From: Seison nebaliae
Taxonomy: Eukaryota
Assembly (NCBI GenBank): GCA_023231475.1
Contig: JALJEE010000562.1
Span: forward strand, 62,001 to 93,924
Reading direction: 5' to 3'
Length of the DNA stretch: 31,924 nucleotides
This document shows, piece by piece, positions 1 through 11,489 of the stretch; position 1 is the first letter of the stretch; each line of letters starts with the position of its first letter. The position numbers and the translations under genes are program-made. The notes beneath the pieces were generated by a model that saw nothing but the letters and a program-made list of their open reading frames with translations, was not told the DNA's origin and searched no databases.

Positions 1-2203
1 ACAACCATTAATCTAATCCTGCCCCGATGACTGCCGATGTATTTGTATATTCGCCACTCTGGCTGTTGTTCCAATTATCTCCACAATACATATAGTCGTC
101 TGATGGCGAACAGGAATACTTATGGCAATTTATCAATAATTCTCTATATATACAAACACATTCGATCTCTCATTCAAAATAATTAGATAATTAAACAATT
201 AATTCCATTTTGATTGTCGTCGCTTATTCCTGAATTATGTCATGTTTAATCATCATAATTAAATTTGCAGAGGGAAAGACGAGAAAAAACTGAAAAAGAA
301 TTTTTCTTTACCATACTTCCGACTGGAAAGAAGATTAATTTGATAGGAATCAATCTGATAAGGTAACAAAAAATAATTGGAGAATCTTTATCTAAATTCA
401 AATTGAAGACATAAATTCATTCCCACCAGTTAACTAATCGTCGTTCTATGACTATAAATTAAGTTAGATTTGTGTCATTGGAAGAACCATAATTTCAGAT
501 ATAATTCCATTTGACGTCATCACTGAACATTTCGTTCTTGATATAAATGGAGGAACCTGTTCGTCAATCACAACGAGATAGTAGAATAATAAGTGTTGGC
601 ACATCACATATAGACATGACTACGTGCTATCGATGTACATCTGGTATCATAAAAATATTTAAGAGGAATTTCATGCAACAAAGGAAATAATTGGATGCGA
701 ATAGGCAACTGCGTAAATTGGCGATGATTAATTTCCGCTTGAAACTATTATGTTCCGTCGTTTGTATTTAATCGAATTATTTAGGAAACACTCTCACAAT
801 TTCTTCATTGTTCGATGGAGAAAAGTAGTCAGGTGGAATCAGTAAAGGATTATTTTCGTTAGATATCATTTAATTGTGGAAGGATTGATCAGTTGCATTG
901 ATAGGAGAAAAGATCGGCAGAGTAGAAAATCGATTAATTTCCAGTTCGTTAGAAAATCGAAATGGGATTGTTTAAGAAACTGATCGTCTGATGTTAACGG
1001 AAGAGGAAGGAAGTGAAAGTAATAGAAGATGGATGTTGTTTGGGATATTCATAAGAAGATGAACGGAATGACACATCACTTAAGAATAAACATTTACGAT
1101 TAAACGTATGTCGATTGATGGTTGAAATAAGAAATGGTTTAAGAAGGAATTACAGTAAAAGGAGTTTATGCGCACCCAGATTGGAGGAGATGGAGAAATA
1201 CATTGACACATTATCATCATTATGATTTTTTGGGGAGTAAATGAATTAAGTGAATGTTAAGCAAGATATTCATCCGATTTCCATTGATATTTACATGAAA
1301 AGACAGAATATATTTATATAATTTCAGACATGTACTTCAGGCATTCGAGAGCGAGATGTATACATGTGCTCGATATGAGACCATTGAAACTAGTGCGTAT
1401 GAGACGAAAGAACCATTTGTCGAATAGTATTATCATTATATGCGTTTTGATAATGTTGAATGATTAGAGTGATTGTCGTCTTCCGTTCGATTGAATTAAA
1501 AAAAGGAGGTCGTCCTTCAAACAAGAGTATTAAATTCGTTGCGCTGATGGGCAATCAATCACTGAAGTGTAAATATGTACATAGAAATGAATGCGACTTC
1601 CTTTCCATTCCTGTCAACTGCATAGGAATTATAAATATCTGAGAATGCATTGTTTGTACCAGCAGATAAGAAAAGTCAAGCGAATTAAGTTGAAATGAGT
1701 GAAATAAAAATATTATAATAATTCTGGAGAAATATTTACATTATTCATTTACAAATATACAATTATAATTAGACGAATATTCATTCCACATTCTCCTTTT
1801 CATACTTTCAACAATTAATTCCATTTTATTCTTGCCCAATTGATAATTATATCAATATTTCCCCTTCCCTCAACTACCTTTCACCTTCTCCTACAAATAT
1901 GACAAACATTCCACTCAATTCGCCATTTCAACCATTTCCATCTCAATAATTCTACCACTCTCCTTCATTATTCCCATTCCACAGAATGATTATCTGCATT
2001 TGATCCTGTACATAATCCCATGTATTAATGGAGAGGAGGAACAAGAACTAATTCTCAGATATCCACATCCAAATCTAGATTATGACTTGGCCACAGTCAC
2101 TCAACAACATTTCCCACAACTAACCATATCACATTCCTTTCCTCGTCGAAAAAGAATAAGAAAACGAAACCTCTTTCTCCACCAAACAACTCAACGAAGA
2201 TAC

Positions 2204-5200
2204 ATGATTTATTGTATTTGCCTCCTCATAATATTACATCACAGTGATGCGATATTGAAAAGTTCTTCTATCATCATTTCCTTATATTTTCATCATCTCA
2301 TTATCATACATAGGAGACATACCCAGGATGGAGATGGATGATATGGATGATCACTCATCTTCATCTGGGCTATCTTCCGATATCCATCTCAATGACGAGA
2401 AGCGTCTTATAAAGAATCTGTTGGATAATTATAAAGTGATTTGGGGTCGACCGGTGCACACTCAACGAGAAACGATTACTGTCAGTTTGACATTAACTTT
2501 ATCTCAAATTTTGGATTTAGACGAAAAGAATCAAGTATTAACCACTAACTTCTGGGTGACATATGTTCGTCGATTAATTCTAAATAAACATTCTCTCATC
2601 TTCTCTCCTTCTCTTGTACGTCATAGAAATGGATCGATTTCCATTTGTCTTGGGCGCCAGCCGAGTACGGAAATATCACAAAGATACGTATTCCACCTAG
2701 TCATATTTGGACGCCAGATATCGTACTTTATAATCAGTTAGACGAAATATTTATGAAATCCATTTTCTCATTCTTCTCTTTACCAAATCAGTGCCGATAT
2801 GAGAATTGAAGAGAAACGACCATGTTTGGCTACTATCGAGAATGGTGGAAATGTTATGTGGATGCCGCAATGTGTATTCAAGAGTACGTGTAATATTGAC
2901 ATTAAATCCTTTCCGTATGATGAACAAGTTTGTAATATGAAATTCGGTTCTTGGACATATGACGGATTCCAATTGGATTTACAATTCGAACCGGATGTTG
3001 CTGAAGAAATTAATCTTCAAACTTATATTCCAAATAATGAATGGCAAATTATTATGGCACCAGGATTCCGATCGGTCTTCCGTTACGATTGTTGTGTAGA
3101 ACCGTTTCCAGATATTACGTATTATATCTTCTTAAAACGACAAGGTGGTTTCTACAATTATATTCTCGTTCTTCCCTGCGTTCTACTTTCGTCATTGACA
3201 CTTGTCTTATTTTGGTTGCCACCTGAATCGCCATCTAAATTAACTTTAGGTTCACTATTTTTCATTATCCTTCAAACGTTTATGATCCGATTTCAGGTAT
3301 GAATATTTTTGTGGCTTTTTTTCTCCTTCTCTTACTTCTGGCCGATTCGACACCTCAAGCATCTTCAAAGATACCAATGCTCGGTTAGTGAATTTTTTTT
3401 GGAATGATTTAATAGAAAACTAAATCCTTTGGTTTACACAAAAACGATTTATGCGACGAGTATCTAGAATGCCCACTCAATTGATTTTGGCTAGTTGCAT
3501 AAATATTTGTAGTCAAAAAAAATAGAAAGAGGGCGACATCATCGTTGTGTTTGGGAGAATTTATTAGGATTTCATCCGTTTCCATAAAAGAATAAGAAAA
3601 TTAAAAAGGAATTTCATTATTTTCATTCGGAAACTATTATTAATCATTTACTATTCTACTTATCAGGAGCGTACTATTGTGCTAATATGATTTTGATTGC
3701 AACATCAACATTTCTTTGTACGATAGTCGTCAATATTTATTTGCGAGGTGATAAGCGCGGAAGAGCGCCAATTTGGGTAAGAAAAGTTTTGTTTTCTTTT
3801 TGTTTGGAATGAATGATTGCATTTCTTCTCACGACCTTTCTCCTCTTTCACAACTACACGAACTCGCAGATTTTCATAGATTTACTCGCGCAAATTTATT
3901 GTATGAATTGGGGATTGGCTGCTAAAAACATTAGGAAGACGACAAACACACCAGCGCCCAACAATTTCGCTCCCCCCAAATTACATAAATCAAATTTACG
4001 ATTTGCTAACGAAACGAATAAATATGAAAGATTTGCTCTATTAAAAGAAAATGGAACAACCGGAACCACGACATATGGTGGCGAAGAAAAGAATCATTTC
4101 GAGACTCCATATAATTCGGGTACGGTGGCGAATAACAGTCAAATGTATCGATTGGAAGATAATTCTCCTTATGTGGTTCCCGGTTATGGAATGGCATGTC
4201 GGAGTTGTCATCCCAATGAGAATGAGTATGGTGCACATTCGATCGATCGAAGAAAAACGACATCGATGAAGAGAAGTCAAACGCCAGGTGGCGTTGGAAT
4301 TGTGGAAGAGACGAACATTCATTCGCAAGGATCAACTTTACAAAGGAAATCTCATTCGTCGAAGAAGCCGGAACATATAAAAATGAATATAAAATCAAAA
4401 CCTGTAAATGAGCAAACGTTCGAGATTGAACATCATCGAACACCAACAATCAAAACTGATCTGCCCGAATCATGTGAAATGTTTCATATGCAGCACGGCT
4501 GTTGTGAGCCTCATAACATTTCCCAATATCATCCGATGTACCATCAGAATTCGCTGATGTATCGAGATCAATTCACAACATTTCCACCTCCACCACCTCC
4601 GTCCCATTCGATGATGATGGGTGCCCCATGTCCACATTGTGACACGAATAATCCAAGTAAACTATGGCAACAGAATGAACGTATATATAATGTTTATGAT
4701 ATGAATCGAATGATGTTAAATAATTTTAGTGCAAATCATCAACTCAATAATAATAATAATAATAATGGTAATTTAAATAATACATCACTCCCTCATAATA
4801 CAAATATAAATACTAACAATCCAATTGACAGTAATAATGTTAGCAACTTAAACTCGCCTAACAACAACAACAACAACAACGTTACAAATAACAATACGAA
4901 CAATCTTTTAATGAATAAGAAGACGCCTGGTGATTTAATGAAAGGTGTTGATCCGAGTAGCGGATGTACTTGTATGAAATCACAAATCTTACCATCACTT
5001 CCATCGAACGTCATGCCAAACGCATATCGACAACACCAACAACAATATTATTGCGGTACCGAAGGTGGTGTTAATATGTCGGGTGGTGGTAATATTCCAT
5101 CGCTACCACCAAATGCGCCACCACCACCAATACCACCAATTCTACCTCCACCACCACCACCTCCACCACTCTCCACAACGATGTTGCCCCATCCATCGAT

Positions 5201-5627
5201 ATGTTCCTGTTCGCTCTTCCACATGGAGAATGATTTGAGGGAAGTGCGCGATTATTTACGGAGAACGAGGAAACGTTTAGAAGATCAAGAAGTGAAAAAT
5301 CGAATTTCCAGTGAATGGAAGGTCGTTGCGATGACACTTGATCGAACATTTTTCCTTTGTTATGTTTTCACTATTATGATATCTCTCATAGTCATGTTTC
5401 CACGAGCAACAAAAATTCCATTGTATCAGCGATGTATTAGGAATAATACTTATATTTGCAAAGACTATCAGGATAATACGGATGGTTTGGTCGATTATAA
5501 AACGTTCATGAAAGAACAACAGGAACAGAATTCAGCAAATATCTTATCTACTTTTCCTTCCATTCAATTAATGCTGCTACTACTACTCCAGCATTTTATT
5601 CAAGAACTTTTCTTCTTTTCATTCTGA
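2204..5627 (+). CDS. Nicotinic acetylcholine receptor alpha-type subunit (Cys-loop ligand-gated channel), ~946 aa, 7 exons: 2204-2261, 2314-2564, 2627-2736, 2792-3249, 3297-3383, 3667-3785, 3870-5627
   Basis: The spliced frame is open (2841 nt). It contains a signal peptide MIYCICLLIILHHSDA, EKRLIKNLL, GRPV, LDEKNQVLTTNFW, IWTPDIVLYN, the Cys-loop CNIDIKSFPYDEQVC, FGSWTY, loop C with vicinal cysteines YDCC, M1 YNYILVLPCVLLSSL, M2 KLTLGMNIFVAFFLLLLLLAD, M3 AYYCANMILIATSTFLCTIVVNI, MX helix WVRKIF and M4 EWKVVAMTLDRTFF. The start codon is chosen from the signal peptide. Confidence 0.93.
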
Positions 5628-5822
5628 CACATTCTCACTCTTCTCACAATTTGCACACAGCAAATTCTTCTTTTAATCATTCATCATCATCATCATTCTA
5701 CTCTCTCATCATCCGCATTTTTCCATTTCGGATGTAACGATTCTAATGTTAACGTCATCATCATTCTCATCAGCCATTCAACTTTCCGACCATAACTACA
5801 CTGATGACGATCATTCGTTAAT

Positions 5823-5908
5823 TACACACCTATACACACATACACACAATTTCACGAAAATACACACACGCATGCCCATACACAATTCTTCAAACAAACT
5901 CACACACA
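5823..5908 (+). repeat. Degenerate (CA)n-rich tract downstream of the nAChR stop (probable 3' UTR)
   Basis: acacacc tatacacacatacacacaa ... tacacacacgc ... tacacaa ... cacacacaa. Confidence 0.5.
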
Positions 5909-6723
5909 ATAATGTCTAACCGAAGCATTTCTCAAGTTATCGATGAAGATATGACAAATACTTCGAAAGTTGTCAAAACAAAGTTCTCTTATAAAAAATA
6001 ACTTTATTTCTCGACTCATTTATTAAGTTAGGAAACGATGTCACATTCAATTTATTGACTTTATGGATCTATTATTTTCCCATTCGTTCAAAAACAGTTT
6101 TAATTTTCAAAGAATTATTATTTTCTGAATGAAATATCTTTTTTTCCCCTCCTTCATCAAATTTTCATTCTAGCATAATGTTATTGCAATCTGTCGCATC
6201 ACAAAACTGGCCGTTACGTTTTAACACTCGATTTCATTTGAAAAGAATGGAAGAATAATAAGTTTAATAATAAGATAAACAAATGCATGATGTAAAGTCG
6301 TCGCACGATGTAAATGAATTTCCAGAAATATTTTTGTTTTGAGCAAAAAATTGAAAGAAATATTAATCGGAGAAAAAATAGTTTTCATGGAGAAGATGAG
6401 AGAATTACGAGGAGAAGAGAAGGAGTAGCTCAACTCGTCTCACTTTGTTTTCAACTCTCAGTATTCTAAAAAGAACAAACTACTTTTTATTATTAAAAGA
6501 AAAATATTTCTTGAACATGAACATGATGAAATTGGTGGAGATTTCAGTAAATTTTTGATATGGTCCAAAATCATCAAATCATCAATTTATCAAAATTAAT
6601 GTGTTCAATGGCTTCGGAAGGAAAATGAGAGGACACATCGACAAAATCAATAACAAATTTAGATAGAAATGCATAAATAAAACTAGTCCAATTCAATCTC
6701 AGTTCTTAGGAAGAAAATGAGTA

Positions 6724-7889
6724 TTAGAATTCATCGTGTCGATTGAGAATTTCGCCAAAGTCAGTTGCTTGTGATCCCGCGAAAATTTCATGATGGTCTA
6801 CCATTTCTTCTTTTGAGATTTGGTCGTTCTATTTGTGAAATGAATCGAGATAAATTTTTAAATCGAAATATTAAATAAAATTAGTAACTTTATCTTTGTC
6901 AGCCGAAGAAAAAAGATGGTTGACTTCGGCATCAATATGATCGAAATTTGAAGGTAAGATCCATTCGGATACTTCCTCCTCATTTAAAACTCCATTATGA
7001 TCTTTATCTCTGATTTGTTTGAATTGTAATCTTTCTGCTTTGACCCAACCCGGTTCAGCTTCTTCACTCACCTTTCCTGCATCAGGATACATATCTAAAA
7101 AGAAAATAATTTTCCCTATTACACATTATTTAGATAAAGAATTTAACCTCGCAAATATTCCATTAGATCGACGGAACCGTCTTTATTCAGATCGATATCT
7201 TCCATCGTTTCTTTAATGACAATATCTTTCATTTCAGCATATTCTTCCGGATGAATAAATTTCGTATAATCTTCTTTCGACAATTGTCCGTCTTTATCTT
7301 GGTCAACGAAATCCCATCGCCTTTTCTCGCGTTCGATAACTGGTCGAACGGTTGTGTCTTTCTCTTCATCAATATCAGTCACTTTGTACACATGTTCCAA
7401 ATAATCTTTCCAATGCAAATATCCCTCATTTCTGTTCCTGGATTCAGGTAATTTCAAATTGAATTTCGGCCAATTCTTTTCCACGTCATCCAACACATAA
7501 CGTTGTTGAACATATCGGATCCAATCCGTCATCTCCTTCTTCGACACTTCACCATCATGATCTTTGTCAATCTTCCCGAAAATAATTCTGAAAAAGACGA
7601 ATTAATTCCATTGATATATTGAAGAGGGGAATGTGAACTCGAGTCGTTTCTTCACTTCTTCCGTCCCGAGAGAACCATATTCTTCCGCTTCTTCTTTTCC
7701 AAGAAATGCTTCGTGATCAAATTCAGCATTGTGTTCCTCTCCTTCGAAATGATCATGCTCACTCAATTTACTGTCATGTATTCGATCGGATGATGATGGA
7801 TGTTTAGTTTCCGAACCGCCCACACTAGCACACTGAATGGACAAGGAGACGGAAATGAGGAACAAGACAATCTTCCAATATCTCGTCAT
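6724..7889 (-). CDS. CALU: Calumenin / CREC-family ER-lumenal multi-EF-hand Ca2+-binding protein, 333 aa, 4 exons: 7889-7639, 7587-7148, 7094-6889, 6828-6724
   Basis: Signal peptide [20 protein letters not shown]; the family motif DHEAFLG; EF-hand loops [48 protein letters not shown] and [13 protein letters not shown]-terminus [17 protein letters not shown]. The spliced length of 1002 nt is in frame. Confidence 0.93.
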
Positions 7890-8816
7890 TCTACCAAACA
7901 AGAATTTATGTGAAGAAACTGATTCTAAGAAAAGGAAATGTACAAGTACAACAGTCACAAAAGAAGATTATGTAAAAAAGAAAGTTTAGAAGAATGTTAG
8001 GAAAGTTTCTGAAAACTTTGAAATATTTATATCAACTCTCCTCTCAACATCTGAACATTAAAAGAACAAAGAGATAAAAAAATTTGCAACACAAATGTCA
8101 GAAATGATGTTCTGTTCTGAAACACGTCATCAATTTCCTTATGGAATCAAGATCTAGTAACACGTCAATTTTTCTTAGAGGATGAGAATGAAATTAAAAA
8201 GAGTTCTTTAACCCATTTCTCCCCCAACTTTTTCCTTCTTTCCTTTTCTTATATTAGATTCCAAGCTTTCTCCTTATTTCCATTCTTATTATCTCCATTT
8301 ATATGGATGCGTCAAAGACTCACATCTCATTTCTTTACGTTGCATCAACAGTTTGCAAATTCACTTCTATCTCTTTCCCTCTCTTTCTCTCTCTTTCTCT
8401 CCTCTTCCTCCCAACGTAATTAAGAGAAGATGTTTCTTACAAAATTCTTCATTTTCTCGAATGATTTCATGTAAGTCATTTCTTTTTTTTAGGTTTTCCG
8501 AAACCTCTCCTATAATTTAATTTAACTTTCTACTAATTTTTTAGTTTCATATAAAACTTTCTGGTAAGTTTCTCGTAAGTTTCTTTCTAGCAGTTTAAAA
8601 ACTAAATTTTTTCAAGGCAAATTTTCTAAAAAAATAGTTTTCCTAAAAATTTTTCGAATAACAATTAAAATTAAATGAGAAATTTTTTCTATTATAATTG
8701 AAAGAATGAAAGAAAAGATTGATCATTTATCAAAAATGAAAAGAAAAAATGATTGAAATTTATTGGAGTGTTAATTTCTGGTTTGGTGGCGGCAATGATG
8801 GAAGTTAGTTTATTCA

Positions 8817-11489
8817 TTAAAGAAAATTAACTTTCTTTCTGATTTGTTTGGGTGAAGTTCGTTGATTCTCATTTAATGATAATCGTCTACGAATAACGAA
8901 TTGTTGTCTGTTTTGGTTTATTAGCAGCATTTCTTCTTTCCTTTTTATTTCGTTCTTCAATTCGTTGATTTGTTTCTCATAATTCTCAATTAATTTTTTC
9001 TTCTCCTCATCTAACAACTCTAAAATTTTCTTGACTATTTCGTTTCGATCATACGTTTCATCATTTGATCTTTAAGATATGATAAACATTAAATTCTTAA
9101 TAGATCTTCAAACTTCTCCTCAGTCTTCTCTTCGATCTCACAACCGAGTACATCGGTCACAAACGGTCGATTATCTTCCATTGGAATGATGGCAGTATTG
9201 ACCATTCGTCTCTTCCATTTCATTGCCGCTTTCGCTATCGTTCCCACATTGCCCATTGTGTACGTTTTCGATTTGACCGGTTTGTTAGGTACCAGAGGTT
9301 GTCCTTTACTAAAGTTAAATTTATCGTTTTTTATCAAGTTCTTCCCCTCATTCTTGTTGATAGTCACTGTTTTGATTTCGAGTTTATGAAGGAGATCTTT
9401 ATTCTTGATTCTCTTTTCACCATATTCTCTCAGAATTCTCTATTTTCCATGAAGGAATATTTCATCTTTTCTAAAAGAAGATAAATAACTTCAGCATTCG
9501 GATAATCGATAATTGTTGAAAGAACATCTTCTTTAGTTAGACTAAACAATTCGGAATATCCAACTGAACATACATCAGCAGTTCGTCTTTAAAAGAGAAA
9601 TTTTAGGAGATTCTTTAAAAAAATCGAAGAAAACTTATTTGATAATCCAGCAATGTTGAGTATGGCTATCTCTCCGAAAAAATCACCGGAATGCATTTTA
9701 GCCATAATTTTTCCGTTTTTACTAAAGTAAAAAAGTAAATTGGGAAAGTGGATGAGAGAAAAATGAACTCCAATACTTGGAGAATGCCGTCAGCAATTAT
9801 AAATATTTCTTTGGCCGTTTCTCCTTTTCGACAAACGATGTCACCAGGCGTAAAAATGAATGCACGCATTTTCAATATGAGATCGTGGAGGAATTGAGGT
9901 TCACATTCCTTGAATATTGACACTTTCTTCAACGTATCCAAATTGACATGTAGAGCTAACTCCGTCTTTAATTTATCGGGTAACAAAGAAATTGATGTAG
10001 CATCATTTCCACTTACTCGACCTCTAAACCGAACGGAAAATTAATTTAAGAGAATAGAAAATGAAATAAACCGACTCCATGCATACGCATACCATCTTAA
10101 CACTCGACGTTGCATATCTTTAGGAACTTTATGTGATCGCATATATTGTTTGGCGGCGTCCTTCATTTTATAAAGTTTCATTAATTATATTCAATAAATA
10201 AATGAACCAGCAATTTCTCATATTCTAAACGATTCGCATTTCGATTTGTTATAACTGAACCAATTTGTCCTTTTTAAAGAAATTGTTGAAGAATTAAATT
10301 TTTTTCATTCGAAAATTATTAACCTACGATGGTCGCGAAGATAAAGACGCCCATTAGATAACTGAGAATATTGAATAGAAATCTGAAAAGAAATGGAAAT
10401 GGTGAAATGAAATTGATGATAAAGAGAACTGTTTATTTGTTTCAGGACGTGGTAGATCGCCAATTGTCGTCAATGTTAACATAGACCAATAAAGGGAACT
10501 TAAATACTTTTTTGTCCCATTTTGATAATATTGAATTGGTTCGAGGAATGAACATTTATTATTATACTTCTCTAAATTGGACAACATTGCATAGAAACCA
10601 GCAAACCAGTGAGCTATCAAGAATAAGATATGAACTAAATTAACTACTCGCCATACATTGGGGAAAACTGTCTTCGATTCAGTCAGATAATAGAGTTGTG
10701 GAAGACGGTAAACTTTTAAAAGTCGAGGGAATCTCAAAAGAGAATTCGGTTGAATGCCCATCACTCGATGGAAGAGTTGTAATGGTAACATGCTAGACAG
10801 ATCCAAATAAAACTGAGTTTTCTGCATATAATTGTGGGCGAGACGTTTACTATCATAAACGAGTAATCCTTCTTCGAAATAACCAGTGCGGAATTGCATG
10901 AGAAAATCGAGAAGATAAACGATGTCGCTGATGACGTCGAGAATTATCCATAAAGTTTCATGTTGCGATTGAAGATGTGGGAAAGCATGTCTGGCAAACG
11001 GTATCCATAAATTGTATAAGATAGAGATGGAAATGAATGATAGCCAGTAGAAGAGATAATCGGTATCGGGAGCCATAACAAATTTGAAATGAGACAAATG
11101 GAGTTTATGAGAAGCAGTTCGTAACCATTTGAATTGCTTTCTAGAAAAGATGTCATTCTCCTTCCTTATTTGACTCTCTTTTATATCAGATGAATGTGGT
11201 GTAATCTCATTATTCTCATCTAACGATGATCTGTCCGACACATAAATTTGATCTTAATATTTTGAGGAGAAGTTGTTTTCAAATGAAAGATATGGAGAAG
11301 GAATGAAGAATGAAAACCGTTGTCGAATTCGGGATGGTGCATCGTTGAGAAACGCTTAATAAAGGAGTCATGACGATCATTCTTCTTTCCTTTAGATCGC
11401 CATTTCCATTTGTTGACGAATTTTCTCGATGTCAATTGAATGTCATCGAAATCCCTGGTCTCATCGAGATGTACATGTCCGTTCATCAT
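8817..11489 (-). CDS. Cyclic nucleotide-gated cation channel subunit (CNGA/CNGL-like), ~740 aa, 10 exons: 11489-11318, 11252-10430, 10382-10324, 10269-10208, 10160-10072, 10023-9769, 9721-9635, 9586-9490, 9439-9114, 9069-8817
   Basis: S1-S6 with S4 LLRFPRLLKVYRL, pore helix SLYWSMLTLTTIGDLPRP, S6 MGVFIFATIVGQIGSVI, C-linker LPDKLKTELALHVNLDTLKKV, and cyclic-nucleotide-binding domain FTPGDIVCRKG...GDFFGEIAIL...KRTADVCSVGYSELFSL. A coiled coil follows. The spliced length of 2223 nt is in frame. The extreme N- and C-termini are less certain. Confidence 0.92.

Noticed and set aside
1..300. Moderately GC-richer stretch with short open frames on both strands and a possible minus-strand GTT..AG intron
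   Set aside because: The splice phases tested run into stop codons and no protein motif is recognisable.
1460..2203. ORF 1460-1642 and the upstream part of ORF 2000-2341; also a 5-codon ATG-initiated uORF near 1986
   Set aside because: No motifs. Only 2204-2261 is needed as the nAChR signal-peptide exon; the rest is probably UTR or promoter.
4006..5519. Several antisense or alternate-frame ORFs over the nAChR last exon
   Set aside because: Shadow ORFs of low-complexity coding sequence.
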